Positions 28,399-38,592 of a stretch of 64,000 bases of DNA are shown piece after piece (the stretch's first letter is position 1; each line of letters opens with the position of its first letter). The stretch covers positions 293,532-357,531 of the forward strand of contig CBDCRI010000001.1 in NCBI GenBank assembly GCA_965220965.1, in the 5' to 3' direction. The notes under the pieces are model-generated. The model did no database searches and had not been told where the DNA came from. It worked only from the letters and a program-made list of their open reading frames with translations. The DNA comes from Candidatus Marinacidobacterium sp. (GTDB taxonomy: Bacteria > Acidobacteriota > Vicinamibacteria > Marinacidobacterales > Marinacidobacteraceae). The translations under genes were made by a program, and so were the position numbers.

Positions 28399-30453
28399 GT
28401 GATCATCCGTTCCCATTCAGTGCGCATGCTGCCCAGCGGCCTGTCGCCAATGCAGCAAAGCTTGCTGGACTCGGAGCGATTCGTCCGGCTGGTGTCGGCG
28501 CCCACGGGCTCCGGAAAGTCCTACGCATTCATGCGCGCGGTGCTGGAGCGCGATGCGCGCGTGCTGTTCATCGTGCCCACGAAACGCCTGCTGCAGAACC
28601 TGATCGAGGATGCGCGTGAACAGGCGGACGAGCACTGGCGCGATCAGGGCCTCGACGAAGCGCGGCGCACCGCCTGGACCAATGAGCGAATTGTCGAGTG
28701 GTCCGGCAATCAGGCCGACGACGGCGGCGGGAGCCTGGCGGCCAAACGCGCCGGACAGCTCTTTTCGATCAGCGAAGAAAGAACCGGTGGGGTCATCTTC
28801 GCCATCCCTGAGGTGGTGGTCTCGTCGATCTCGGGAATCCGCATCAAGGGGGCAAGCGCAATCAACCCCTTCGAATTCGTGCACGCCTTCGACCATGTCG
28901 TGTTCGACGAGTTCCACACAATCGACGACCGCGCCTTTGGCCTGGCCAGCCTTCTGTCGCTGCTCGCGGTGACGCAACGGCAAGGCAAGGTGTCGCTGCT
29001 CTCCGCCACGCCGATAGACGTGACCGGAGTTCTTGCCCGGTGCGGCGTGGGGCCAGACAAGATCGAGAGCATCCCCGAGGAGATTGTCGATGGGCATCCG
29101 CCAGGGCATCGTGAGATACATGGCGACGTGTCGGTGTCCGTAGACCCGCGCACTTTGCCGGAATTGGTCGAGGCGAACATCGATTCCGTGCGAACCTCGG
29201 TCGCGGGCCAGCGCACGGTGATAGTCATCTACGACTCCCTGCAGCGCCTGCGGGAGGACGAGTCGAACCTGCGAGCGAAGCTTCGCGCCGCCGGCATCGG
29301 AGAGGACAGGATTTGCGCCATCAACTCCATCGAAGACTCCAGGCGGGCGCCAGACGAGCCCCGCCGCGGGCGAAGGTTTGCGGATCCGCGCGACTTCGAC
29401 GTGCTCATCTGCACATCGACCGTAGAAGTCGGCGTCACGTTCCGCAGCGATCTCATGTTCATGGAGCCCGGATTTGGAGAGGCCAGCTTCGTTCAGCGGG
29501 TGGGCCGAGTGTCGCGCGGCGCGGACGACGGGCAGGTCTTCGTGTCGTTGCCAGAACGCACGCGCGCGCGCAACGCATGGACACGACGTGTCGAGACCGT
29601 CATTCGGGAGAATGCGGAGCTGACGATTCAGGAGTTCACCGAGAATGTCCTTCGTGACGTTAGAAGGCGGCTTGAGCCGACGCGCAAGGAAGCCGAAGCC
29701 GACTGGTCCGCTCCCAACACCGCACTTTCGTTCTACCGGCGCCCCTCGTGGCGCGGCGCATTCTGGGCGGCGCTTTTCATTGTCGCGATCCGGCGGCAGA
29801 AAATGACGGTACAAAGGGCGGCGCGGGAGCGGCTGCGCGCGCTCTCGCCCAGCACCGTGAGGTTCGTCGACGCCAAGATCGGCGACATCATGTCCGTGGA
29901 TGCAGTGAACAACAACCTGCGCAGCGCGTCGCAGCCACACCGGGCATGGGCGAACGCTCTTCTTGCAAGCGCTCTGACCTACCGCGACATCGGCCGGACC
30001 ATCCGTGTTGTCGATCCCGACGGCTGCAGCCATGTGGTGTCGGAATCCTATCTCCGGCGAGCCACCGATGTTCTAAGGCGGCACATCGTTTCCGACGACA
30101 GCGGGGAACCTGTGATCCAATTGCTGTCCCGCAGCCTTCGGGAGGAGGAGAGCAAGGGGTCCTCCGGCCAGCCGAGGGCGCAGAGGATGACGCTCTACGT
30201 CCGTTCCCCGATCGGCGAAGGAGACTTCGCTCTGCCGATCTACGAACGGGAAAGGGGAACCGAGCAGCTCAACGTGCGTCTTGTCAAGGAATGGCGCAAT
30301 CAGTTCGCCAACTTCCTGCCAGCGCCGGGCGAGAAAGACATGCATCCGCGGAAGAAAGTGATGGCCGCCGCCACGGCACTGGTCGAGGTCATCGGCCGGC
30401 CGCCGCATGAAGAGGACTATGAGGATTCTGCAGAAAGCGCGATGTTTGCGTGA
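28399..30453 (+). CDS. cas3: Cas3' SF2 helicase (no HD domain).
   Basis: VSAPTGSGKSYAF (motif I), VVFDEFHTID (motif II), LLSATP (motif III), FVQRVGRVSRG (motif VI). No HD domain at either terminus. Confidence 0.8.
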   Translation: MIIRSHSVRMLPSGLSPMQQSLLDSERFVRLVSAPTGSGKSYAFMRAVLERDARVLFIVPTKRLLQNLIEDAREQADEHWRDQGLDEARRTAWTNERIVEWSGNQADDGGGSLAAKRAGQLFSISEERTGGVIFAIPEVVVSSISGIRIKGASAINPFEFVHAFDHVVFDEFHTIDDRAFGLASLLSLLAVTQRQGKVSLLSATPIDVTGVLARCGVGPDKIESIPEEIVDGHPPGHREIHGDVSVSVDPRTLPELVEANIDSVRTSVAGQRTVIVIYDSLQRLREDESNLRAKLRAAGIGEDRICAINSIEDSRRAPDEPRRGRRFADPRDFDVLICTSTVEVGVTFRSDLMFMEPGFGEASFVQRVGRVSRGADDGQVFVSLPERTRARNAWTRRVETVIRENAELTIQEFTENVLRDVRRRLEPTRKEAEADWSAPNTALSFYRRPSWRGAFWAALFIVAIRRQKMTVQRAARERLRALSPSTVRFVDAKIGDIMSVDAVNNNLRSASQPHRAWANALLASALTYRDIGRTIRVVDPDGCSHVVSESYLRRATDVLRRHIVSDDSGEPVIQLLSRSLREEESKGSSGQPRAQRMTLYVRSPIGEGDFALPIYERERGTEQLNVRLVKEWRNQFANFLPAPGEKDMHPRKKVMAAATALVEVIGRPPHEEDYEDSAESAMFA

Positions 30454-30982
30454 ACTGGCGGAGGAGCGCGGCCTGCACGGCCTTTACTTCCAGCATGTGG
30501 CCTTGTGCCGACGACGTGCCTGGCTGCACCTGATGGGCGCGACGCACGCCGCCCATCACTCTCGCGTCCAAAGGGGCCTTGCGCTGCATCAGACCGAGAA
30601 GCGCCCCGGAGAGGCGCCACGGGGACTTGGCATTGCGCCTGACGCAATCGACTTCAAGCGCCGCGTTGTCATCGAAAGGAAGGGGGGCGCCGGAGCAAGC
30701 GACGCGGTTTCCAGGCAGGCGCTGTTCTACGCCGCATTCATGACGGGAGCCTCCGGAGAGCACTGGCAAGCGGAGGTTCACGTCTACGGATCCCGCGCGA
30801 AGAGGACCTACCATCTCACTGAGGATGCGCTGGACCGGCTCATCCGCGACGCGCAGGAGAGCCGTGGCTTGGCAGCCGGGCCGGCGCCACCGGCCCGTCG
30901 CATTCCGCTCTGCGAAGCCTGCAGCTGCAATCCCCTGTGCTGGGATGAGGAGCATGATGGACACAGTGATCGTACCGCGTGA
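30407..30982 (+). CDS. cas4: Cas4 RecB-like nuclease with a 4-Cys cluster.
   Basis: DAIDF...VVIERK (D-ExK motif). Cys at the N-terminus plus CEACSCNPLC at the C-terminus. Confidence 0.8.
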   Translation: MKRTMRILQKARCLRELAEERGLHGLYFQHVALCRRRAWLHLMGATHAAHHSRVQRGLALHQTEKRPGEAPRGLGIAPDAIDFKRRVVIERKGGAGASDAVSRQALFYAAFMTGASGEHWQAEVHVYGSRAKRTYHLTEDALDRLIRDAQESRGLAAGPAPPARRIPLCEACSCNPLCWDEEHDGHSDRTA

Positions 30983-31925
30983 CGCACGGCTGAGCCGTCA
31001 CGAAAACGCGCTGGTGGTCCTGTCTGACGCTGGGCGCAAGGCGATTCCCCTGCACGGGGTAAAGCACGTCGTGTGCATGGGCGACGGTTCGATCTCCATT
31101 CGCCTGCTCAAGGACATGGGACGAAACGGCATTCGCTTCTCGGTGCTCGATGCAGGGGGACGATTTCTGGGCGCATTCGAGCCTGAGGATGAAACGCCTT
31201 CGGGCCGAGTCCGAGTCGGCCAAGCTTCGCTGTTTCTGGATGAGGCGGCCCGCCTTCGTCTGGCCAAGCTGATCGTGGCTGCGCAGGTGAAGTCCATGCG
31301 AGGGCTGCTGCAACGCTATCGGCGGAATGGCGTCACCGGCATCGAAGCATCCCTGGACGGCATTCAGAGCGCCCTCGCCCTGGCAAGTGAAGCCGCCAGC
31401 ATCGAGCAGCTCATGGGCGCAGAAGGGCATGCTCGCGCATTCCTGCACGATGCGTTCAAGGAGGTTTCAATGGATGCCCGCCTCGACCGCAGAGTTCGAC
31501 GTCCGCCTTCAGATCCCGTCAACTGCCTGATGTCGTTCTTCAACATGCTGCTCTACTCCGCGTGCGCGAGCGAACTCGCCAAGACCCACCTGGATCGGAG
31601 CATTTCGTTCCTTCATGCTCCAGGCACCGGCAGGCGTTCGCTCTCGATCGACATGGCCGAGAACTTCAGGCCGGTGTTGTCGGACGCCCTTCTGCTGTCC
31701 ATTTTTCGCCGGGGCCATGCGGACCGGTCATGGTTCGATCGGTCGCCCGGAGTATACCTGCTCAGCGAGAAGGGGCGAATCAAGGCCACGCAGCGCTTTT
31801 GGGGGCGCATCGAGGAAAGCGTCGGCGAACAGACGCTTCGGCAGGCGATCCACCGCCAGTGCCTGTCCTTGGAGCGCGAGGCGTTGGGAATCGGGCGGTT
31901 CAGGCCTTTCGTCTGGCGGGGTTGA
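30954..31925 (+). CDS. cas1: Cas1 integrase.
   Basis: 324 aa starting MMDTVIVPRDARL. Its position and length are typical for Cas1. Confidence 0.85.
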   Translation: MMDTVIVPRDARLSRHENALVVLSDAGRKAIPLHGVKHVVCMGDGSISIRLLKDMGRNGIRFSVLDAGGRFLGAFEPEDETPSGRVRVGQASLFLDEAARLRLAKLIVAAQVKSMRGLLQRYRRNGVTGIEASLDGIQSALALASEAASIEQLMGAEGHARAFLHDAFKEVSMDARLDRRVRRPPSDPVNCLMSFFNMLLYSACASELAKTHLDRSISFLHAPGTGRRSLSIDMAENFRPVLSDALLLSIFRRGHADRSWFDRSPGVYLLSEKGRIKATQRFWGRIEESVGEQTLRQAIHRQCLSLEREALGIGRFRPFVWRG

Positions 31926-31928
31926 TCG

Positions 31929-32228
31929 ATGTTCGTATTGGTTTCCTACGACGTGCCCGCCAAGCGAACGGCGATATTCAGGAAGCTGCTGAAGGGGTTC
32001 CTTGTGCACGAGCAGGCTTCCGTTTTCATGGGCGACCTGCCGGAGTCGGAACTCATCAAGTTGACTTCCGAGATATCGAACAAGATTGGACCGGATGATC
32101 GGATACTGAAGCTGGTGTGCCGAAACCGCCACAACGTGGAGGTGGAGCAGCTCAGCAAGGACGCCCTCGGAGGGCCGATGCGCCAGGACGAAGATGCGTG
32201 GCACGGAAAAAACTGGTCTGTGCTCTGA
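31929..32228 (+). CDS. cas2: Cas2.
   Basis: 99 aa starting MFVLVSYDV, the classic Cas2 N-terminus. Confidence 0.85.
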   Translation: MFVLVSYDVPAKRTAIFRKLLKGFLVHEQASVFMGDLPESELIKLTSEISNKIGPDDRILKLVCRNRHNVEVEQLSKDALGGPMRQDEDAWHGKNWSVL

Positions 32229-32357
32229 CCCATTCATTTACGCGCTTGGAAGAAAATCTGCCGATGGCCGGGCGTCAGGCGCAGTTTTCCAGCCTTTCCG
32301 GCGCGCAATGGTAACTACATGCTGCAATAGGGCAACAAAAACCCTATGATTTCGAGG
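32229..32357 (+). promoter_or_regulatory. CRISPR leader for array 1.
   Basis: AT-richer non-coding stretch between the cas2 stop and the first repeat. Confidence 0.5.
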
Positions 32358-33827
32358 GTTCCCAATCCCCATGAGGGGTAATGAGGAGGACGTTCGAACG
32401 AAGCTTAAGCAGCATACGTTGTTCCCAATCCCCATGAGGGGTAATGAGGAGGTTGTGGAGTACACCCAGAACCTAAAGAACATGAGTTCCCAATCCCCAT
32501 GAGGGGTAATGAGTACTGCGACCCGCCCTATGTCAACAGCGCCGTGAACGGTTCCCAATCCCCATGAGGGGTAATGAGCCCGTCAACCTGCCGAAGCGCA
32601 TCCCGTGGTTCAAAGTTCCCAATCCCCATGAGGGGTAATGAGCGGCAGCCTTGCGCTCGCGCTTGGCCGGTTGGTTCATGTTCCCAATCCCCATGAGGGG
32701 TAATGAGACGGACGCATTCACTCAAACCGTCAGCCAGAGCATAGGTTCCCAATCCCCATGAGGGGTAATGAGAAATGCTGAAAGGCGTGTACAAGTTGCT
32801 CAAGGAAAAGTTCCCAATCCCCATGAGGGGTAATGAGGGTTTGTTTCACCAATGAGGAAAGACAATGCTGCAAAGGTTCCCAATCCCCATGAGGGGTAAT
32901 GAGTATGCCGTGTACTGGATCAAGCAGGCCGTGCAGCGCAGCGGTTCCCAATCCCCATGAGGGGTAATGAGTATCCCGCTGTGGCGCATCACGGCGTAAG
33001 CCGTCTGACGTCGTTCCCAATCCCCATGAGGGGTAATGAGCAGCGACTTCTGAACCGAACTGCCGGCAAGCGTTCCCGGTTCCCAATCCCCATGAGGGGT
33101 AATGAGGTTCAGGTCGATGGTCATCGCAGCAACTCCAGCAGCACGTTCCCAATCCCCATGAGGGGTAATGAGTCTAGAGCAAGGAGGCTCTAAGCAATGG
33201 AGAACAAAGGGTTCCCAATCCCCATGAGGGGTAATGAGCCAGTTGCACTCAAGTATGAAGGCATCGCCGATCCGGGTTCCCAATCCCCATGAGGGGTAAT
33301 GAGATGCAAACCTTCACTTTCGCCGAAACCCCTGCCGGAACGTTTCCCAATCCCCATGAGGGGTAATGAGTTGGCCAGCCCTCGGCAATGCGGGTCAAGG
33401 ATGAGGTTGTTCCCAATCCCCATGAGGGGTAATGAGTTACGGACCGTGCTCTAGTCGCTTCGCGACCCAAGCCCTTTACCAATCCCCATGAGGGGTAATG
33501 AGATGGGAGCAGAGCCACCCGTAGAACTGCAGGACGGACAGTTCCCAATCCCCATGAGGGGTAATGAGGATGACAAGCTGAGGCGCAAGGACGCCTGCAA
33601 GGGTGGTTCCCAATCCCCATGAGGGGTAATGAGAGGGTGACGTGCCTTATGGCTTTTGGTACTGTGAGACGTTCCTAATCCCCATGAGGGGTAATGAGGA
33701 CTTCTGCGCCGACGTCGACGGGGGGCTGACGCGCGTTCCCAATCCCCATGAGGGGTACCCAGTTGAACGCTGACCGCTTCGAGGTTTGCGCGGCGGCCCG
33801 TTCCCACTCCCGATGAGGGGCATGGGT
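32358..33827 (+). CRISPR. CRISPR array 1: 23 copies of the 28-bp repeat GTTCCCAATCCCCATGAGGGGTAATGAG, with 32-37-bp spacers.
   Basis: Repeats counted directly, at 32358, 32421, 32486, 32551, 32615, 32680 and onward. The distal repeats degenerate (GTTTCCC.., GTTCCTA.., ..GGGGTACCCAG, GTTCCCACTCCCGATGAGGGGCATGGGT). Confidence 0.95.
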
Positions 33828-34162
33828 GGGGCCGGTGGCCGCGTTTATGGGTTATGGCCTTCGTGCGGTTCTCGCCGCGCCCTACCTCTTGATTGAGGGC
33901 AGCCAAGCCGGCGCGGCGGGCACTCGCGGACGGACGACTTTTCGCTGATTGCGGAGGCAATGGCCACCTGCGTCTCACCGTCGGTCCCCGACCTGCCGCC
34001 ATCGCCAAGTAGCGCTCAGTTGCGGTTGGAGCGGCGGCTTTGGGGAGAAAATCCGGGGGAAGTCAGCGCTAACTTAGGGCGACAGAGGCCTCCGCCCGGC
34101 GTAGGAGGCAACTGTGGTAGGCCTTGTGGCTTGGGCACGGAGCATTCCCCGCCGCCGGACGC

Positions 34163-34984
34163 TCAGGGCCGCATTGCCCCGCTTGCCGGCGGCGCTCCCC
34201 GCAGGCACTTCAGGTGGCTCTGCAGTTCGGCGTCGGCCTCCAGGTTGGCCATGAGCGCCAGCAGCACGTCGTCGAAGTCGCATCTTGGCCAGGCCAGGGT
34301 CTCGTCCGCCTCGAAAGTCTCGCGCCACGCCCTCTCCTGCTCCCCGTCGAAGTTGAGCGTCCAATCGTGCAGGCGGACCTTGTTGTCCAGCGTGATCGCG
34401 TCGCCGTGCTTGGCCGTCAGCCAAGCGGCGTCGTAGAGGTCCCTGGCCTGAACGCGCCGGTCATCTCCCACCAGCGCGTTCAGCTTGAGGCTGGCGAGCG
34501 TGGGCATGTCATAGACGGCGAGCCCGTCCACCATGACGATTCGGTCCTGGTCAAGGCGGGGCTTGCGGATGCCGTCGCGCACGTTGACGTCGATTTTGGC
34601 GCGGAAGGGCTCCGCGAATCCGGCGTGGCGGAACCAAAGGCGGACGTAGCCGCGCCCGTGCTGCTTGACGTCGAGCCGCTCGACTTCGAGGTCCTTGCGT
34701 TGCGCCAACGTCCTGCCGACCCTTTCCACCACGTCGACGCGCCTGGCCACGTCAAGGTCCAAGTCCATGGAAGGGCGCGTCAGCCCGTAGGCGGCCGCCA
34801 GCGCGGTCCCGCCCTTGAGCGCAAACCACCGCTGGCCCTGCGGCGGGCCAAGGGACAGCCCCCGGACGACATGGACCAGCACGCCCAGCAGGGCGCGCTC
34901 GCGGGGCGAGAGTGCAACCTCCGGCGGCGGCGTGCCGCCGGTCAAGTCGAAAGCCCGTGGCGCATGTGCGTTCCCTTCTCCCAA
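34163..34984 (-). CDS. Second AbiEii/DUF1814-family nucleotidyltransferase.
   Basis: WFALKGGTALAAAYGLTRPSMDLDLDV nucleotidyltransferase motif. Confidence 0.7.
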   Translation of the reverse strand: MGEGNAHAPRAFDLTGGTPPPEVALSPRERALLGVLVHVVRGLSLGPPQGQRWFALKGGTALAAAYGLTRPSMDLDLDVARRVDVVERVGRTLAQRKDLEVERLDVKQHGRGYVRLWFRHAGFAEPFRAKIDVNVRDGIRKPRLDQDRIVMVDGLAVYDMPTLASLKLNALVGDDRRVQARDLYDAAWLTAKHGDAITLDNKVRLHDWTLNFDGEQERAWRETFEADETLAWPRCDFDDVLLALMANLEADAELQSHLKCLRGAPPASGAMRP

Positions 34985-35574
34985 TCCGCATCCGGCGACA
35001 GGTCGCGCGTCCAGCGGCTCCAGAGTCGCAGCGCCTCCCCCTCAAGGGCCGCCGCCAAGGCGCGCACCAGCCGGTGGAGGTGCCCGAACTGGGCCTCAGT
35101 CCACAGCCACTTGGCCACCGAAGGCCCGTCGTAGGGGCCTGGGAAGCCCGTTGGCCGGCTGGCCAACCAGTCCCATGCGCCGTCCGCGATGGCCCGGTCA
35201 TGGCGCGCCGCCCACACGGGAGCCGCCGAGCTCCCCTGCGGGTGCCCGATCAGGCGCAGTGACGGCCGGGCGTCGAACAGCCGGTCCCAGCCAAGCAGAT
35301 TTGCCGGCGTGCGCAACGTGAAGCCGTTTCTGGCCTTGTTGGCGAGCAGCATCTCCATCCCGTTTCCGGTGCGGCCTTCGGCGGGAACGAACCAAGAGCC
35401 CTCGGCGTGCCAGTCGCCGCCTGACGGGCAGTCGGGATCGACGAGGTTGAGCGCATGAATGCCGGTCAGGTACTGGCTCACGCTGGTCGGGGGAATGCGA
35501 ACGGGAATGGCCTGCGCCCAGGCCGGCGCGGGCGCATCAGGGCCTCTTCGGGTCGGTTGGTGCCTGTCGGCCAT
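34942..35574 (-). CDS. Hypothetical protein immediately upstream of and overlapping the AbiEii-like gene; possible cognate antitoxin.
   Basis: 210-aa ORF whose 3' end overlaps the AbiEii-like start by ~40 nt. No AbiEi signature recognised. Confidence 0.3.
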   Translation of the reverse strand: MADRHQPTRRGPDAPAPAWAQAIPVRIPPTSVSQYLTGIHALNLVDPDCPSGGDWHAEGSWFVPAEGRTGNGMEMLLANKARNGFTLRTPANLLGWDRLFDARPSLRLIGHPQGSSAAPVWAARHDRAIADGAWDWLASRPTGFPGPYDGPSVAKWLWTEAQFGHLHRLVRALAAALEGEALRLWSRWTRDLSPDADWEKGTHMRHGLST

Positions 35575-35664
35575 GGCTTCACGGCTCCTGGGCGGTTGGC
35601 GCCGGACAGCGTATCACAGCGCTCCTGAAGGGCGCTCCCGCCCAGGCCCGGCCCAAGCGCCCCA

Positions 35665-36654
35665 TCAAGCCTGCGGCGCGCCCCCGCCGGCCAGCGCTGG
35701 CCGCGGACCCGACCCGGGGCGAGGCGCTTCCAGGATCGCCTCGCGGAGCATGCCGAACCGATGTTCGAGCTCCAACTGGACCGTGCCGGGCAGCAGCAGC
35801 TGGTTGCGCAGCCTGGCGGCAGGCAGGTCGAGCACGGTCAGCGGCGCGCCGCCCTCCCCGCCCTTAGCCAAGCCGATGACGAGGGCCTCCTTGCCGTCGG
35901 GCGCGCGCGAGGTCACGCAATCCTCGTCGTGCCAGTCCGCCGTCAGCCGGTCCAGAAGCGAAAGGCCCGTCTCCCCTGGGCTGAAGGACAGGCCGCGCCC
36001 GGGGAGGGCGCGCCGCCAGATGAAGCGGTTGCGGCGCTCGCCAAGGTCCAGCGCGAGCGCCCGAAGGGCCTTCAGGGCCTGCGAGTCGGGCCCTTCGGAC
36101 AGGCCGCGGCAGACGGCCAAGGCCATGTGGCCAACGACCTCCCCGGCGCGGCCGGCTTCGCCGGAGCGCACCGCCTCCAGCGCCAGCCGGCTGCAGTCCC
36201 GCACAACCTGCTTCGCGTACGTCGCTAGCGGCGGCCCGGCGGGATTGGCGTCCCCGGGCTGCGCGAGCTCGGCCAAGGGGGCCTCCAGCCGCTTGAACAG
36301 GGCCTTGACCTCGGCGGCGTAGGCCGCCTCCCGGCCCTTCGCGTCGGCGTCGGAGCCCTCCGGCCCGGCGGTCACCAACGGATAGCTCATGCGCAGGGCA
36401 ACGAAGGTCCGCGACCAGTCCGTGAGGGCCGCGGGGGCAGCCCTCAACTCGAGCCGGAGGCCGCCCGCGCCCTCCATGAACAGGGGGGCGTTCCGGGTTC
36501 CCTTGGGCATGGTGAGAAACTTCGCCTTGGCCTTGATGGCCCGCTCGACGAGGGCGCGTCCCTCGGCCAGCCCCTCTTCGGGCGCGGCCGCCTCGCCGAG
36601 GACGGACGCCCGATACCCATACTCGGACGCCAAGGCCTTGCGAACCATGCTCAT
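35665..36654 (-). CDS. Hypothetical protein.
   Basis: ~330-aa ORF starting MSMVRKALASEYGY. Confidence 0.4.
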   Translation of the reverse strand: MSMVRKALASEYGYRASVLGEAAAPEEGLAEGRALVERAIKAKAKFLTMPKGTRNAPLFMEGAGGLRLELRAAPAALTDWSRTFVALRMSYPLVTAGPEGSDADAKGREAAYAAEVKALFKRLEAPLAELAQPGDANPAGPPLATYAKQVVRDCSRLALEAVRSGEAGRAGEVVGHMALAVCRGLSEGPDSQALKALRALALDLGERRNRFIWRRALPGRGLSFSPGETGLSLLDRLTADWHDEDCVTSRAPDGKEALVIGLAKGGEGGAPLTVLDLPAARLRNQLLLPGTVQLELEHRFGMLREAILEAPRPGSGPRPALAGGGAPQA

Positions 36655-36879
36655 CTCGGTCTTTCCCTGGCGGCTCGGCTGGCCGTTCCGGCGCATTGTA
36701 GTGGCTCCCTGCCGAACCGGCCCGCCTGGGCCCCTGGCCCGCGGACGCACGGACGTTCGCCGAGGCCCCGCTCAAGGATCAGCCCCGCGGCTCGGAGCAG
36801 GCGGGCGGCATGCCGAGCCGTCCATGCGCTGAGCGGACAGGCCTCGGCCGGGCGTTGCGGCTTTCCCTAGGCGACGGAT

Positions 36880-37021
36880 GCCTCGAGCGGCGCGAGTCAA
36901 GGACTTGACGCTGGGCCTTCGCAACGTGTTGTAGACTGGGCGCCATTGGCCGTTTCGCCCCATGGTAGGAGACGACATCGAATTGACGAAAACAACTGCG
37001 GCTCAGGCGCTTAATCGATAG
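36880..37021 (+). promoter_or_regulatory. Original leader of the I-E-type array block; ends ...CTTAATCGATAGAGG.
   Basis: Homologous to the 3' ends of the three internal leader-like elements (TTGTA[GC]ACTGG ... CTTAA[TG][CG]GATAG[AG]G). Confidence 0.5.
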
Positions 37022-37412
37022 AGGCTGCCCCGCCCGTGCGGGGATGACCCCTCAGAAGCCTAGATTTTCATCACTTTCTGATAGGCTGCCCCGCCCCTGC
37101 GGGGATGAACCCAAACAGGCAGCCACGCACTTCGACGAATTGGCGGCCGCCCCGCCAGCGCGGGGATGGCCCTTGGAAACGGCGGGGTTGATCACTCGGG
37201 TGGAGGATGGCCCCGCCTGCGCGGGGATGGACCCTTCGGCGTGTGTTTCGACGGGCTTTTCATCGAGTTAGCCCCGCCTGCGCGGGGATGGACCCTCGGG
37301 TATTCCTCGTGAAATGCTTTTGGATCAATTAGCCCCGCCAGCGCGGGGATGAACCCACAGCCATGTTGCGACCGGCCGAAAGCTGGCGATGGCGCCGCCC
37401 ATGCGGGGATGG
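37022..37412 (+). CRISPR. CRISPR sub-array 2a: 7 degenerate 29-bp repeats, 61-bp period.
   Basis: Repeats of the form GGCTGCCCCGCCCGTGCGGGGATGACCC and TAGCCCCGCCTGCGCGGGGATGGACCC at a 61-bp period. Confidence 0.85.
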
Positions 37413-37948
37413 GGCCAGGCTTCTGTTGAAGCCTCGGCGAGGGGTCGCCGCGTGCCTGTCAGAGCGGGCGCGGACCGCAAAGCGGCCGCGCCGCATGCTT
37501 CGGTTCGCGGCCGGCGTGCATGCCACGTCCCCACCGGGTTTTCGCGAGGCGCCAGAGGCAGGCATGGGAGGCCGCTGAACCGTCGCTTGCCGCCTATGCC
37601 TGCCTCGACGTAAAGCCTGGGAAGCCCGCCCCTAAGTCAGGGAAGGCCCGGCGGTGGGGGCCCGACTTTCGGCGTGCCTGTCGCGCTCAAGGATCAGGGT
37701 GCCGGTCCGGGCGCGCTCCCACCCAGGATGGCCCATCCATGCCGTGACCGGGGAGGCTCCGTCCGATGACGCGGCCGGCTCGGCGCCGGCCTGCCACGCC
37801 GACCGATGGCGGTGGCGGCGGTGAGGAGCCGATCCCTGGCGCTGGGCCCACGCCAGGTGTTGTACACTGGCGGCGTTGCGCCGTTCATGGGGGAAATCGA
37901 TTTAACGGATCAGACATTGTGAGTTTCAACAAGGACTTAATGGATAGG
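37413..37948 (+). repeat. Leader-like duplicated element A (~536 bp).
   Basis: Begins inside a truncated repeat (..GGGGATGG|GGCCAGGCTTCTGTTGAAGCCTCGGCGAGGGG). Ends with a leader-like 3' end abutting a consensus repeat. Confidence 0.8.
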
Positions 37949-38157
37949 GTCGGCCCCGCCAGCGCGGGGATGGGCCTTTGCCGCCGCACATGTCGATGAG
38001 GCGCGAGCCGTTAGCCCCGCCAGCGCGGGGATGGTCCCCGAGGTGAGACGGCCATTAGGTCGGAAGAAGAAGTTAGCCCCGCCCGAGCGTGGATGGCCCC
38101 TCGATTCGGACGCAGCTTGGTCTAATTGCTTCGTTAGCCCCGCCAGCGCGGGGATGG
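37949..38157 (+). CRISPR. CRISPR sub-array 2b: 4 repeats.
   Basis: GTCGGCCCCGCCAGCGCGGGGATGGGCC, then three copies of GTTAGCCCCGCC.GCG.GGATGG. Confidence 0.85.
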
Positions 38158-38592
38158 AGCGAGCCTTCTGTTGCAGCCTCGGCGAGGGGAGGCTCTGTAC
38201 CTGCCAGAATGGGCACGGACCGCGCGGATCACAAACAATGTCCGCCTCGACGTCAAGCGAAGGAAGCCCGCCACGATGTCAGGGAAGGCACGGCGGAGGC
38301 GGCCCTGACTCTCGGCGTGGCTGTCGCGCTCAGGGATCAGGTTGCCGGTCCGGGCGCGCTCCCACCCAGGATGACCCGTCGATGCCGTGACCGGGGAGGC
38401 CCAGTCCGATGACGCGGCCGGCTCTGCGCTGGCCTGCCACGCCGACCGATGGCGGTGGCGGCGGCGAGGAGCCAAGCCCTGACGCCTGGCCTTCGACATG
38501 TGTTGTACACTGGAGGCGCGCCGTTCATGGGGGGAGGATATCGAGTTAACCGATCAGACATTGTGAGTTGCAACAAGGGCTTAAGGGATAGG
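38158..38592 (+). repeat. Leader-like duplicated element B (~435 bp; lacks a ~110-bp internal segment present in A and C).
   Basis: AGCGAGCCTTCTGTTGCAGCCTCGGCGAGGGG ... TTGTACACTGG ... CTTAAGGGATAGGG. Confidence 0.8.

Noticed and set aside
32238-34008. Multiple 60-185-aa ORFs on both strands inside CRISPR array 1 (for example 32730..33152 and 33451..34008).
   Set aside because: Their translations are periodic (SLPLMGIGN / ITPHGDWE repeated), an artifact of reading through the 28-bp repeats.
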